A stretch of 64,000 nucleotides of DNA. Origin: Minisyncoccota bacterium. Lineage in GTDB: Bacteria > Patescibacteriota > Minisyncoccia > Phycocordibacterales > GWA1-40-21. The position numbers were made by a program, and so were the translations under genes. The stretch covers positions 2,042 to 66,041 of the forward strand of contig JBAYUW010000003.1 in NCBI GenBank assembly GCA_041674925.1, written 5' to 3'. Of this stretch, positions 1 through 9,257 are shown in pieces. Positions within the stretch are counted from its first letter, which is position 1, and each line of letters starts with the position of its first letter. Below the pieces are notes generated by a model. It did not search any database. It was given only the letters and a program-made list of their open reading frames with translations, and was not told the origin of the DNA.

Positions 1-1323
1 GATTTCTTGAAAAATCCGAAAAAGTTTTTGGATATTGGTGCGCGTATTCCCAAAGGTATTTTGTTGATGGGAGCTCCAGGTACTGGTAAAACTTTGCTAG
101 CGCGAGCGGTGGCCGGTGAAGCCGGTGTCGCTTTCTTTTCTATTTCTGGTTCGGAATTTGTGGAAATGTTTGTCGGTGTCGGTGCTTCACGTGTCCGCGA
201 TCTATTTAAAATGGCCAAGCAAATGGCCCCAGCGATTATTTTCGTGGATGAGATTGATGCCGTCGGTCGCGTGCGCGGCGCTGGTATGGGTGGGGGAAAT
301 GATGAGCGCGAACAAACCTTAAACCAAATTTTAGTGGAGATGGATGGCTTCGAGCCAAATGAAAAAGTGATTGTCATGGCGGCGACCAACCGTCCCGATG
401 TCTTGGATCCCGCTTTACTGCGACCAGGGCGTTTTGATCGCCGAGTGGTGATTGATTTGCCAGATCGCGCCGATCGTGAGGCGATTTTGCAAGTGCATTC
501 AAAAGAGAAACCATTTGCGGAAGACGTGAATCTGAAAGTGATTGCTGAGAGAACACCTGGTTTTTCTGGTGCTGATCTTTATTCCTTAATGAACGAAGGG
601 GCGATTTTGGCGGCGCGTGAAAATCGCACTAAAGTTTCTCAATTCGATTTGATCCGCTCGATTGAAAAAGTCATGATGGGTCCGGAAAGAAAATCTCACT
701 TATTATCTAAAAAAGAAAAAGAATTGACTGCCTATCATGAGGCCGGCCATGCGATTGTTTCTTCGGTTTTGCCTTATGCTGATCCAGTTCATAAAATTTC
801 TATCATTTCTCGCGGTCGTGCCGCTGGTTATACTTTGAAACTTCCGTTAGAAGACAGGAAAATGCAAAGTAAAAAAGAATTTTTGGACGATATCACGGTC
901 GCGCTCGCTGGTTATGCCACCGAAAAACTAATTCTCGATGATGTGACAACTGGTCCATCAAATGATTTGCAAGTTTCGACCGCGCTCGCTCGTGAGATGG
1001 TCACTAAATATGGTATGTCCGACAAAATTGGGGCAATGGCCTTGGAAGGAACTGGCGGTAATACTTTATTTGGTTCCCGTGGAGTGGGTGAAAATGAGTA
1101 TTCAGAAAAAGTCAGTGCTTTGATTGATAGTGAAGTCTCAGAAATTATGACAGCTTCGATGACTAAAGCTAAAGAAATTATCAATGCTCATCGTAAGGCT
1201 CTGGATGCCGTCGCTAAAAGATTAGTCGAAGTTGAAACCATCGAACGCGAAGAATACGAAAAAATTATTATCGCTCATGGCATTATGCCAAAGCAGAAGA
1301 AGGACATTGAGCATCAGGGATAA
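1..1323 (+). CDS. ftsH: ATP-dependent zinc metalloprotease FtsH, C-terminal ~440 aa (5' end cut by window edge)
   Basis: AAA+ Walker [19 protein letters not shown] and Walker [16 protein letters not shown] zinc-binding HEXXH motif in the C-terminal protease domain. The ORF is open to position 1. Confidence 0.9.
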   Translation, partial: DFLKNPKKFLDIGARIPKGILLMGAPGTGKTLLARAVAGEAGVAFFSISGSEFVEMFVGVGASRVRDLFKMAKQMAPAIIFVDEIDAVGRVRGAGMGGGNDEREQTLNQILVEMDGFEPNEKVIVMAATNRPDVLDPALLRPGRFDRRVVIDLPDRADREAILQVHSKEKPFAEDVNLKVIAERTPGFSGADLYSLMNEGAILAARENRTKVSQFDLIRSIEKVMMGPERKSHLLSKKEKELTAYHEAGHAIVSSVLPYADPVHKISIISRGRAAGYTLKLPLEDRKMQSKKEFLDDITVALAGYATEKLILDDVTTGPSNDLQVSTALAREMVTKYGMSDKIGAMALEGTGGNTLFGSRGVGENEYSEKVSALIDSEVSEIMTASMTKAKEIINAHRKALDAVAKRLVEVETIEREEYEKIIIAHGIMPKQKKDIEHQG

Positions 1324-1326
1324 AAG

Positions 1327-1399
1327 TGCGTGTGCTAGGACTCGAACCTAGGACCACCGAGGTATAAGCTCGGCGCTCTACCAACTGAGCTACACACGC
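1327..1399 (-). tRNA. tRNA-Ile with anticodon UAU (TAT)
   Basis: 73-nt cloverleaf on the minus strand. Acceptor GCGTGTG/CACACGC, D-arm GCTC-AGTTGGTA-GAGC. Anticodon stem CCGAG/CTCGG with loop CTTATAC, giving anticodon TAT. T-arm CTAGG-TTCGAGT-CCTAG, discriminator A, no encoded CCA. Confidence 0.7.
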
Positions 1400-1486
1400 A
1401 TCCGTCTCCGAATCTTATCTCAAAAAACCACTTTTCGCAATTAAATTTAACCCCTCGATTTATCCACACCCAAGTCAAATTTTTCG

Positions 1487-1924
1487 GTGTTTTTGTGTGT
1501 TAGGATACAAGGCGTGAAAAAAGATTTTGATAAATGGAATGAATTAAAGAAAAGGACCGACAATCTAAATGTGATAACTAGGATTCGTGAGGGTGAAGTT
1601 CGTTGGTGTATATTTGGTATAAACATTGGCAACGAGATTATTGGAAAAGGAGAATTTTTTAGACGACCAGCGTTGATTCTAAAAAAGTATTCAGGGGACG
1701 TGTTTTTGGGGTTACCGCTAACGACTCGAGAACACTATGGAGATTGGTATTATGAAATCATAGACAGAGATCTTTCTAGATTTGTCATCCTTAACCAAGG
1801 TAGGATCTTGGACAGAAAGAGGCTTGCCCAAAAGATATTTGAGATATCAGAAATTGAGCTTGAGAATGTCAAAATAGCATATTGTTCATTAATAATGAAA
1901 CAACATACACAACCTATGGTATAA
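1487..1924 (+). CDS. MazF/PemK/EndoA-family endoribonuclease (toxin) homologue, no cognate antitoxin gene adjacent
   Basis: The translated ORF aligns to Bacillus EndoA/MazF: GEVRWCIFGINIGNEIIGKGEFFRRPALIL parallels [25 protein letters not shown], and the C-terminal ILNQGRILDRKRLAQKI parallels LLEQIRTIDKQRLTDKI. GTG start. A paralogue lies at 37572-37970. Confidence 0.6.
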   Translation: MFLCVRIQGVKKDFDKWNELKKRTDNLNVITRIREGEVRWCIFGINIGNEIIGKGEFFRRPALILKKYSGDVFLGLPLTTREHYGDWYYEIIDRDLSRFVILNQGRILDRKRLAQKIFEISEIELENVKIAYCSLIMKQHTQPMV

Positions 1925-1932
1925 ATCACAAA

Positions 1933-1952
1933 GACCGTCCTACGACGGTCCT
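1933..1952 (+). terminator. hairpin GACCGTC-CTAC-GACGGTC after the mazF-like gene, weak U-tract
   Basis: Perfect 7-bp stem with a 4-nt loop 9 nt after the stop codon, but only two T follow. A weak candidate. Confidence 0.3.
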
Positions 1953-2100
1953 TGAATGGGTAACCCCAACTTGTATTTAAAGTGTAGCAGATCATAGGTG
2001 ATAGTCAAGTCAATAAAAAGTGGATAAATCGCCTCCCTTTTCACCCCTTGCATTTTTACTGGAGGGGGTAAAATGAGGGTATTATTAATTAATTTTAAAT

Positions 2101-2553
2101 ATGAAAAATCCTGAAAATAAAAATGAAGAGATGGTAAGTATTGATACAAGGTTAGCTGATGGGGTAAAATTATTAACTCAAACGACTAAACCCTTGTGGG
2201 ATGAAGTTAATGGTGTAAATATGTCTGAACAGAAAAAACGGCTATACAAAAGAATTTTTGCAGAGGCTTCTTTAGGTTTGAGTGAGGTAACCATGCATTT
2301 TCCATTTCCTGTGGAAAAAATAGAAAAGTATACAATGGAACACGAGAATGATGTCTTGGTTCAAGATGAAAAAGATTTTACTTACAGGATTCAGATTGAT
2401 CAGAATCAGGAATTTTATGAAGGTTTACTTGAATTAAAAGAGCTGGGTCAATTTAAAGTAGAGTTCATCAGTAAGAAGGGAGAATCCTCCTCTTCGTCTG
2501 ACGGTTGGGCAGTAAAAGAATCAGAATATTTAGTCGCAAGAATTAGCTGGTAG
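2101..2553 (+). CDS. hypothetical protein
   Basis: 150-aa ORF with a coding-like composition and no recognisable motifs. Confidence 0.4.
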   Translation: MKNPENKNEEMVSIDTRLADGVKLLTQTTKPLWDEVNGVNMSEQKKRLYKRIFAEASLGLSEVTMHFPFPVEKIEKYTMEHENDVLVQDEKDFTYRIQIDQNQEFYEGLLELKELGQFKVEFISKKGESSSSSDGWAVKESEYLVARISW

Positions 2554-2566
2554 TTCTCAAGATCTT

Positions 2567-4732
2567 CTACTCCAAATGCAACTCATCTTGTTTACGCAAG
2601 GTGAGTTTGGTGTTTAGGAGGGGATATTTGGTGAGGGTTTCGTCTTGAGAAAGAAGATACTCGGCTTCGGCGCGGGCAGCTTCGACCATTTTAATATTTT
2701 TGAGAGCTTCCATGCCAATGTCGGAAATACCCCATTGTTTGTTACCAGATAATTCGCCGGGGCCGCGCAGTTTTAAATCAAATTCTGCTAATTCAAAACC
2801 ATTACTAGAATTTTTAAAAGCTTTCAGGCGCTCGACAGTTTTTTGGGTTTTAGAATCGGCAAAAACATAGCAGTAAGCTTGATCGTTACTTCGAATCACT
2901 CGTCCGCGAAGTTGGTGGAGTTGAGCTAAACCAAATCTTTCCGCTCCTTCAATAATAATCACAGTCGCGTTTGGCACATTTACACCGACCTCGACCACCG
3001 AGGTTGCCACTAAAATTTTAATGTTACCTTTTTTGAACTCTTCCATCACATATTCTTTGTCGTCAGGCGGCATCTTACTGTGCAAGATGCCAATCCGGTC
3101 TTTGTACTCCGGAAAAACATCTCGCTCTAATCTCTCGGCTTCTTCCATCACACTTTTAGCAATTACAGCCTGTTCTTTGGTTGGATCTGGCTCATCGATA
3201 CGTGGACAAATGACATATAATTGTCGCCCAGCTTTTAATTCTTGCTTAATTTTTTCATAAGTATTTTCCCTTTCACCCGGTAAAACTATTTCTGTAATAA
3301 TCGGTTTTCTTCCCGACGGCATTTGATCAAGTAAAGTTAAATCTAGATCGCCATAAATTGTCAGCGCCAGAGTTCGGGGAATAGGCGTGGCGGTCATGGA
3401 TAATAAATGAGGATTAAATTTTTCTTTTTTGGCGAGTTTTTGCCTTTGAGCCGTGCCGAAACGGTGCTGTTCATCAATGATCACATAAGCCAAATGTTTA
3501 AACTTCACATTTTTTTGGATCAAAGCATGAGTACCGATTAAAATCGGAATCTCACCATTTTCCACCCATTTTAAAAGTTGAGGTCGAGAAATATTGGTCC
3601 ATTCTTTGGGATTAGTTTTCGAGGGAAACTTGCGACACTCTTTTCCGGTAATCAAACCGATATTAATATTTAAATAAGTAAAATATTGGATAAAACTTTC
3701 AAAATGTTGTTTGGCTAAAATTTCAGTCGGGGCCATATAAGCGACTTGTAGATGGCCAAAATCTTGTCCTTTCGGTCGAGAAGTGATAACTGAATAAGCT
3801 GTGGTGGCGGCGACGGCGGTTTTACCAGAACCCACATCTCCTTCCAGTAATCGCGACATGGCTTGGCCTTTTTTAAAATCCGACATGATGCTGTTGATTG
3901 CTTTTTGCTGGGCTTCAGTTGCTTGAAAAGGAAATCTTTTTACGAATTGCTCAACTTCGTTGGGAGTCTTTTCAATTACAAAAGCTGGTTCTTTTTGCCA
4001 CACTATTCTGTCCCTTTTTTTCTGAAGTTGTATGAGAAAGACTTCTTCAAAAGCAAATCTTTTGCGGGCCGATAAAGCGTCATCTTGTTTTAATGGCGCG
4101 TGAATCCAGACTAGGGCAGTGGTGAGAGAGGGGAGATTGTATGTCTTCAAAATATAATCAGGAATTGCATCACTTAAATTATCTAAAATTCCACTCTTTA
4201 AAACTTTCTGAATGGCGTGATAAATCCAAAGTGAAGTGATACCGCGACTTTCGGGATAGACGGGATACAAAGAGTGTACCTCGCCATCTTCACCAAACAA
4301 AGAGTCACCGACGCCGATGGGTAATTTGCCGACGGTTTCGATTTTTGGATTCACTAATCCCAGAATATTTTTTCGCTCGGAAACTTTTCCTTCGACGCGT
4401 ACCAAAGCCCCCTCCTGAATCATTTTGGCAATATAGGGTTGATGAAACCAGACGGCTTTAATTTTTCCAGTTTCATCTTCGATATAACCCTCGGCAATCG
4501 GAGTTTTTTTGATAAAAGCTTTACCGGTTTTTAAACCAGAAACTCTTCCAAATATGACGGCGTTTTCACCCATGACCAGACTTCCGATATTTTTCATCTC
4601 CGCCGTGTCACCATAGCGAGTAGGGAAATGATACAGCAAATCCTCGATGGTTTTTAGGCCAATTTTTTTTAGAGCCTTTTTCTGAAGCTCCTGGAGTTTA
4701 AAATGCTGTTCTATTAGATCATGTCTTTGCAC
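2567..4732 (-). CDS. recG: ATP-dependent DNA helicase RecG
   Basis: 721 aa with an N-terminal wedge/OB region. Helicase motifs GDVGSGKTAVA, DEQHRFG, SMTATPIPRTL and QLHQLRGRVIRS. Confidence 0.9.
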   Translation of the reverse strand: MQRHDLIEQHFKLQELQKKALKKIGLKTIEDLLYHFPTRYGDTAEMKNIGSLVMGENAVIFGRVSGLKTGKAFIKKTPIAEGYIEDETGKIKAVWFHQPYIAKMIQEGALVRVEGKVSERKNILGLVNPKIETVGKLPIGVGDSLFGEDGEVHSLYPVYPESRGITSLWIYHAIQKVLKSGILDNLSDAIPDYILKTYNLPSLTTALVWIHAPLKQDDALSARKRFAFEEVFLIQLQKKRDRIVWQKEPAFVIEKTPNEVEQFVKRFPFQATEAQQKAINSIMSDFKKGQAMSRLLEGDVGSGKTAVAATTAYSVITSRPKGQDFGHLQVAYMAPTEILAKQHFESFIQYFTYLNINIGLITGKECRKFPSKTNPKEWTNISRPQLLKWVENGEIPILIGTHALIQKNVKFKHLAYVIIDEQHRFGTAQRQKLAKKEKFNPHLLSMTATPIPRTLALTIYGDLDLTLLDQMPSGRKPIITEIVLPGERENTYEKIKQELKAGRQLYVICPRIDEPDPTKEQAVIAKSVMEEAERLERDVFPEYKDRIGILHSKMPPDDKEYVMEEFKKGNIKILVATSVVEVGVNVPNATVIIIEGAERFGLAQLHQLRGRVIRSNDQAYCYVFADSKTQKTVERLKAFKNSSNGFELAEFDLKLRGPGELSGNKQWGISDIGMEALKNIKMVEAARAEAEYLLSQDETLTKYPLLNTKLTLRKQDELHLE

Positions 4733-4791
4733 TAGGGTATCTTAGCAAAAATATGTTACAATTAGAATGTTAATAAATAATTATAAATTAT

Positions 4792-5283
4792 ATGGAACTA
4801 GCTACTGTAGATATCTTGATTCGTTTGGTAGTCGCTTTATTACTCGGTGTTTTGGTGGGTGTAGAAAGAACTTTGGCGGGCAAAAATGCTGGCATGCGCA
4901 CTTATGCTTTGGTGGCCATGGGCTCGGCTTTGTTTGTTTTGGTGTCGCAAATTGTTTCCTTGCAGTTTATCAATCTGACCAATTTTGATCCTTTGCGCTT
5001 AGCTTCTCAAGTTTTGGTTGGTATCGGTTTTATCGGTGCTGGTTTAGTTTTTCATAACAATAAAGATATGAAGACTTCCGGTCTCACCTCGGCCGCTGGC
5101 CTCTGGGTGTCCGCGGGTATTGGTATGTCGGCGGGTTTTGGTTTGTTTTCACTCGCTATTATCGCCGCTCTGCTTACTTTGTTAATCTTTACTATCCTCT
5201 GGTATGTCGAAAAACTTTTCAAAAAGATTTCCTACAGTGATGAACAAGTCGAGAAAGAGAATTCGGAGAGGTTTCATGAGTAG
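4792..5283 (+). CDS. mgtC: MgtC/SapB-family membrane protein
   Basis: N-terminal LGVLVGVERTLAGKNAGMRTYALVAMGSALF is characteristic of MgtC. Four predicted TM segments. The last 36 nt are repeated downstream at 8650 and 9158. Confidence 0.8.
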   Translation: MELATVDILIRLVVALLLGVLVGVERTLAGKNAGMRTYALVAMGSALFVLVSQIVSLQFINLTNFDPLRLASQVLVGIGFIGAGLVFHNNKDMKTSGLTSAAGLWVSAGIGMSAGFGLFSLAIIAALLTLLIFTILWYVEKLFKKISYSDEQVEKENSERFHE

Positions 5284-5294
5284 GGACAATTGTT
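5248..5294 (+). repeat. direct repeat copy A: 3' end of mgtC (GTCGAGAAAGAGAATTCGGAGAGGTTTCATGAGTAG + GGACAATTG)
   Basis: The same ~36 nt, coding ...VEKENSERFHE-stop, recur at 8650-8697 and (more diverged) 9158-9196. All three are in the same orientation. Confidence 0.8.
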
Positions 5295-6711
5295 ATTTTT
5301 TGTAGATTCGATAGTGATAGCCATAGCAATCTCCTCTAGCGATTAATTTTAAATTGTCAGTTTTTATGAAGGTTTCTCCCCATTCTGATGGGCTAATGTT
5401 TAGAATATACTCATGGTCTTCTAATTGTGGGGTAAGATCGGTATTATAATCATTTACTAGTAAGGTGTCTGTACCAAGAATCTCCCTAAGTCTTTTATGA
5501 GCTCCGGTAATCGATCTGTGGTTTGGCACCCATTCATTTAACCATCGACTGGAGACCAAAATTGTATCAAGTTTTTGGTATTTTGAGATTACCGTTTTTA
5601 CGCTCTGTAAACACATTTGTTCTTTTATCTGATCGCTATTTTTTTTATTAATATCTGTAATATCTGACATACCAAGTAGTACTAATGTAGCGAAAACTAG
5701 TAATAGATATGCCGGGCGATATTGAGAGGAAATTCTTTCAAACATAAGACAAATGCATAAAATGAATATTGGATATACGATGAAAAAATATCGCCAAGCG
5801 AACAGGGGTGAAATTAAAGTGATGATTGAAGGTAGGACGAAACAGATAACTAAACCAATAATAATAATTTCTTCAACCATATACGTCTCACCCCCGCAAT
5901 TTTTTTGGCAAAAGTGATTGATGATAAAATATATAAAAAGAATTAAAAATGGGATCACGAGAATATCGTTAGATGACAGGGCGGCAAAGGTTGAGTAGAT
6001 GTCGCTAAGTTTTGTTGGGGGCATCCAATTACCATACGACGTACCATTCATTTTTCTCAAAATTTGTACACCAATAAACAACCAAACCGGCAAGGCCCCG
6101 ACCAGAATTATCAAATGATCTCGAATCGTATTTCTTAAATCGATTATCTTCTTTCTATATCTATATAAAATAACAACGTTAAAAAACAATAAAAAAACCC
6201 CAAAGATATGCGTGTAAAGAATACCCAAGTTTACAAAGATATATCCGAGGCGGGAGTATTTTTTCTTTTTAAATAGAAGACTAAATAGAAAATATAATGA
6301 TGCAGAAGCAAGAAGAAATAACAACGAGTACATCCTGGCGATTTGTGAGTAAGATACGTGAAAGATTGATAGGGAGGTGATCGCTGTACCAAGTATGGTA
6401 ATTCTCTTGTTAAAAAAAGTCATGCAGAATTTAGCGAAAATTATTATTCCCAAGAGTCCGAACAAGACGGAGAGAAGTCTAAGATTAATTTCTGACATTC
6501 CAAACAATAAGGTAAAAATTTTAGCAAGATAGAAATACAAAGGGACGTGTACATCGTTGTACATCTGAATGTTCATATCGACGAAGCCACGATTTACTAT
6601 ATCGTACGTATACCACTCATCATGGGAAAAGGGAAAATTTAAGGGATATATTCTAAGAAAAATCCCAAACGCTAAAATAATAATGATTGCGATATTGTAG
6701 ATCTTCTTCAT
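5293..6711 (-). CDS. GT-C fold membrane glycosyltransferase (ArnT/PMT, GT39/GT83-like)
   Basis: 472 aa with more than 10 TM segments. The N-terminal region (YPLNFPFSHDEWYTYDI ... PLYFYLAKIFTLLFG) is typical of dolichyl/undecaprenyl-phosphate-sugar-dependent transferases. Confidence 0.6.
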   Translation of the reverse strand: MKKIYNIAIIIILAFGIFLRIYPLNFPFSHDEWYTYDIVNRGFVDMNIQMYNDVHVPLYFYLAKIFTLLFGMSEINLRLLSVLFGLLGIIIFAKFCMTFFNKRITILGTAITSLSIFHVSYSQIARMYSLLFLLASASLYFLFSLLFKKKKYSRLGYIFVNLGILYTHIFGVFLLFFNVVILYRYRKKIIDLRNTIRDHLIILVGALPVWLFIGVQILRKMNGTSYGNWMPPTKLSDIYSTFAALSSNDILVIPFLILFIYFIINHFCQKNCGGETYMVEEIIIIGLVICFVLPSIITLISPLFAWRYFFIVYPIFILCICLMFERISSQYRPAYLLLVFATLVLLGMSDITDINKKNSDQIKEQMCLQSVKTVISKYQKLDTILVSSRWLNEWVPNHRSITGAHKRLREILGTDTLLVNDYNTDLTPQLEDHEYILNISPSEWGETFIKTDNLKLIARGDCYGYHYRIYKK

Positions 6712-7916
6712 TAATATTTATTTCTTAAAAAATTATACTGAATCAGAATAAAATCCCACAAAGTCAGCAAGGTGTCTCGTACGGGCCTAAGACTCGAGAT
6801 CCGATCATTTTTCCATCTAATTGGTACTTCTATTATTTTATAATCGTAGAATTGGGAAATTGCCAAAAACTCTAAGTCAAAACCAAATCTTTTAATTTGT
6901 TGCTTACTAAAAATCTCTTTGGCGACCTGGCTTTTTATGAGTTTGAAACCACACTGTGTGTCTTTTATGTCTCTAATTAAGGTTGAACTTAATATTGCGC
7001 CAACCTTGCTTATGATTTTACGATACAAAGGTTGTCTTAATTCTACTACACTACTTTTTAATTTTCTTGAGCCAATGACGACATCATATTCGTCGAAATA
7101 CTTATTAAGATTTATTAATTCCTCAATAGGGGTTGAACCATCGGCATCCATAAATAAAATATATTTGCCCGAGCTATTTTCTATTCCTATTTTGATAGCA
7201 CTACCCTTGCCCTGATTTTTTTTCAGATCTATTTTTTTAAAAGTTGCATAACTTAAAGTTATTTCGTCTATTATCTTTGAGGTATTGTCGTTCGAACCAT
7301 CATTGACGACAATAATCTCACACCTCGAATTGAAGTATCTTAAAAAATTATCAGTCAACCCTAAGGTCTTAGTAATTCGATTTTCCTCATTATAAGCTGG
7401 GATCACGATTGTATAATCAAAATCGTATCTGACTTCCGGAAACTCTTTTTTTGCAAAAACTTTGAAGGTCCAGTGTTTATTGCCCCAATAATTCCAATAT
7501 AAGACAAGTAGCGAGGTGATGATTTTGGCTAATATATACCAGAGGCCAAGTATCAAGTGCAGGAGAGACATCAACAGAAGCGTTATGTTCAATCCTATAA
7601 ATGAAATAATTAGGAATTTTAGGTATTGATGGTGATAGGCTTTATTTTTGTTGTTAAAGGTCCAAATCTTATTCCAGACAAAATTATTCGTCGCTGCTAA
7701 AATAAAGGATATCGTTGCCGCCAAAATAACTTGTAAATGAAAATATTCGACTAAAATGAATAAAAATGCTAAATCAATAAGGGTGCCTGTTACACCCACC
7801 AACCCATAACGAATCATTCTCTGAAATTCTCTCATATCCGTACAATAATACCATTTTTGTACGAAATTCGTCCAAGAAAATATAACCATTGTTTCATTAT
7901 TATTAGCATGATACAA
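6711..7916 (-). CDS. GtrA-like domain fused to a family-2 glycosyltransferase (polyprenol-phosphate glycosyltransferase)
   Basis: N-terminal 4-TM GtrA-like segment (LVGVTGTLIDLAFLFILVEYF). The GT2 catalytic core follows: IVIPAYNEE, the VNDGSNDNT D-x-D region and DADGS. Confidence 0.75.
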   Translation of the reverse strand: MYHANNNETMVIFSWTNFVQKWYYCTDMREFQRMIRYGLVGVTGTLIDLAFLFILVEYFHLQVILAATISFILAATNNFVWNKIWTFNNKNKAYHHQYLKFLIISFIGLNITLLLMSLLHLILGLWYILAKIITSLLVLYWNYWGNKHWTFKVFAKKEFPEVRYDFDYTIVIPAYNEENRITKTLGLTDNFLRYFNSRCEIIVVNDGSNDNTSKIIDEITLSYATFKKIDLKKNQGKGSAIKIGIENSSGKYILFMDADGSTPIEELINLNKYFDEYDVVIGSRKLKSSVVELRQPLYRKIISKVGAILSSTLIRDIKDTQCGFKLIKSQVAKEIFSKQQIKRFGFDLEFLAISQFYDYKIIEVPIRWKNDRISSLRPVRDTLLTLWDFILIQYNFLRNKY

Positions 7917-7947
7917 TATGTTTATTATTTATTAACAAAATCTAATA

Positions 7948-8577
7948 ATGACCAGAGCTCAAAAATATATTTTACCTACAGTTTTACTGATCACGATTGC
8001 AGTCGGCGTATCGCTTTCTATTATAAGAAGTGAAAATTTTAATGATGCTGTTGATAATTTGGGTGCGGCGGTTGTTTCAAGTATGGGTTCAAGTAGCAGT
8101 AGTAGTGGGCCATGTTCTGGTGGCCGACCCTGTTGCGGCGGTAGGCCGTACTCTGGTTTCGAACGTTGTTGCAATGGCGTAATATACGATAGTGAATCTT
8201 GGCAGGGTATTAATCCAGATGGCAGTATCAGTGACCATGACCGAGTTTGTTGTGGTGGTAGGGTTGTGGTAGTTGGGAATGATAGTCGCTGGGTAGGTAC
8301 TATATGTTGTCAAAATATCAATACTGTTAAGACTTATAATCGTCGTCATTGGGACTGTAGCTCCACGGGGATATGCCTACTAAATGAGACCAGGGCTTGT
8401 GGTGGTTGCGCAAATCAGCCTAATCCACTAGAGGCACCTTATTGTATTCAGTTGAGTAATGCAGCATATATGGTTCAGCGAACATGGAATAACCAGACCT
8501 GCGCTTATAATAACCCACAATGGACTTCTTGTGGTGGTGGTGCAAGGTGTAATAGTACTGGGACAGCTTGTCAGTAA
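7948..8577 (+). CDS. cysteine-rich secreted or membrane-anchored protein of unknown function
   Basis: An N-terminal hydrophobic anchor/signal, a Ser run, then about 18 Cys in about 150 aa including four CC doublets (PCCGG, RCCNG, VCCGG, ICCQN). Confidence 0.55.
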   Translation: MTRAQKYILPTVLLITIAVGVSLSIIRSENFNDAVDNLGAAVVSSMGSSSSSSGPCSGGRPCCGGRPYSGFERCCNGVIYDSESWQGINPDGSISDHDRVCCGGRVVVVGNDSRWVGTICCQNINTVKTYNRRHWDCSSTGICLLNETRACGGCANQPNPLEAPYCIQLSNAAYMVQRTWNNQTCAYNNPQWTSCGGGARCNSTGTACQ

Positions 8578-8649
8578 TAGTCGATAGTCATATTTACGAT
8601 TGTCGTTAATACTCATTAATTTCCAAATGATTTCTACAGCGATGGAAAA

Positions 8650-8697
8650 GTGGAGAAAGAAAATTCGGAGAGGTTTCATGAATAAGGTCTAATTGTT
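8650..8697 (+). repeat. direct repeat copy B of the mgtC 3' end
   Basis: GTGGAGAAAGAAAATTCGGAGAGGTTTCATGAATAA + GGTCTAATTG. The ENSERFHE-stop reading frame is kept. Confidence 0.8.
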
Positions 8698-8699
8698 TT

Positions 8700-9104
8700 A
8701 TGTTACTAATTAAAACTTTTCTTAAAACTGATTCTTATGGTGGAATTGGGTTGTTTGCCAATGAAAATATTCCGAAAGATAAGCTCGTCTGGGAATGGAA
8801 TGATTTGGTAGATAAAATGTTTACGCCAGAAGAGTTTGATAAATTTCCACCACCATTTCAAGACTTTATCAAAAGACACGGTTATTCTCCAGCGGAAGAA
8901 ATTTTTGGCAAAAAGATGATCTGCATTAATTTAGACGACGCAAGATTTTTTAATCATCCTGATGATCCGAATACAACAGAGATTAAAGATGGTGTGATTA
9001 TTGCCAATCGGGACATTAAAAAGGGTGAAGAAATAACTTGTGATTATCGTCTGATTGATAATGACAATGAATTTTGTGGGAATTTTTTAACTAAAAGTAT
9101 TTAG
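8700..9104 (+). CDS. SET-domain protein (putative protein lysine methyltransferase)
   Basis: GIGLFA (GxG SAM pocket), RFFNHPDDPN (NHxCxPN-like) and GEEITCDY (ELxxDY catalytic Tyr), in canonical SET order. Confidence 0.7.
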   Translation: MLLIKTFLKTDSYGGIGLFANENIPKDKLVWEWNDLVDKMFTPEEFDKFPPPFQDFIKRHGYSPAEEIFGKKMICINLDDARFFNHPDDPNTTEIKDGVIIANRDIKKGEEITCDYRLIDNDNEFCGNFLTKSI

Positions 9105-9157
9105 CCTTTTTATACTTGTGCTGGCTGGAATTCGTCTTTCGACTAAAATTTGTTTAT

Positions 9158-9196
9158 CAGAAAACTCGGAACGGTTTCATGAGTAGGGGATGATTG
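9158..9196 (+). repeat. direct repeat copy C of the mgtC 3' end (diverged)
   Basis: CAGAAAACTCGGAACGGTTTCATGAGTAG + GGGATGATTG. Still encodes ENSERFHE-stop. Confidence 0.65.
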
Positions 9197-9257
9197 ATAA
9201 CACCAGCTAAAGTTATAGTATAACTTTAGGCTTTGTTATTTGAGAAAGGAGCGTCCC

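Noticed and set aside
5248-9196. CRISPR array or integron attC sites as an explanation for the mgtC-end repeats
   Set aside because: Only three copies with kb-scale, gene-containing intervals. There are no short regular spacers, no inverted-repeat attC structure, and no cas or intI genes in the window.
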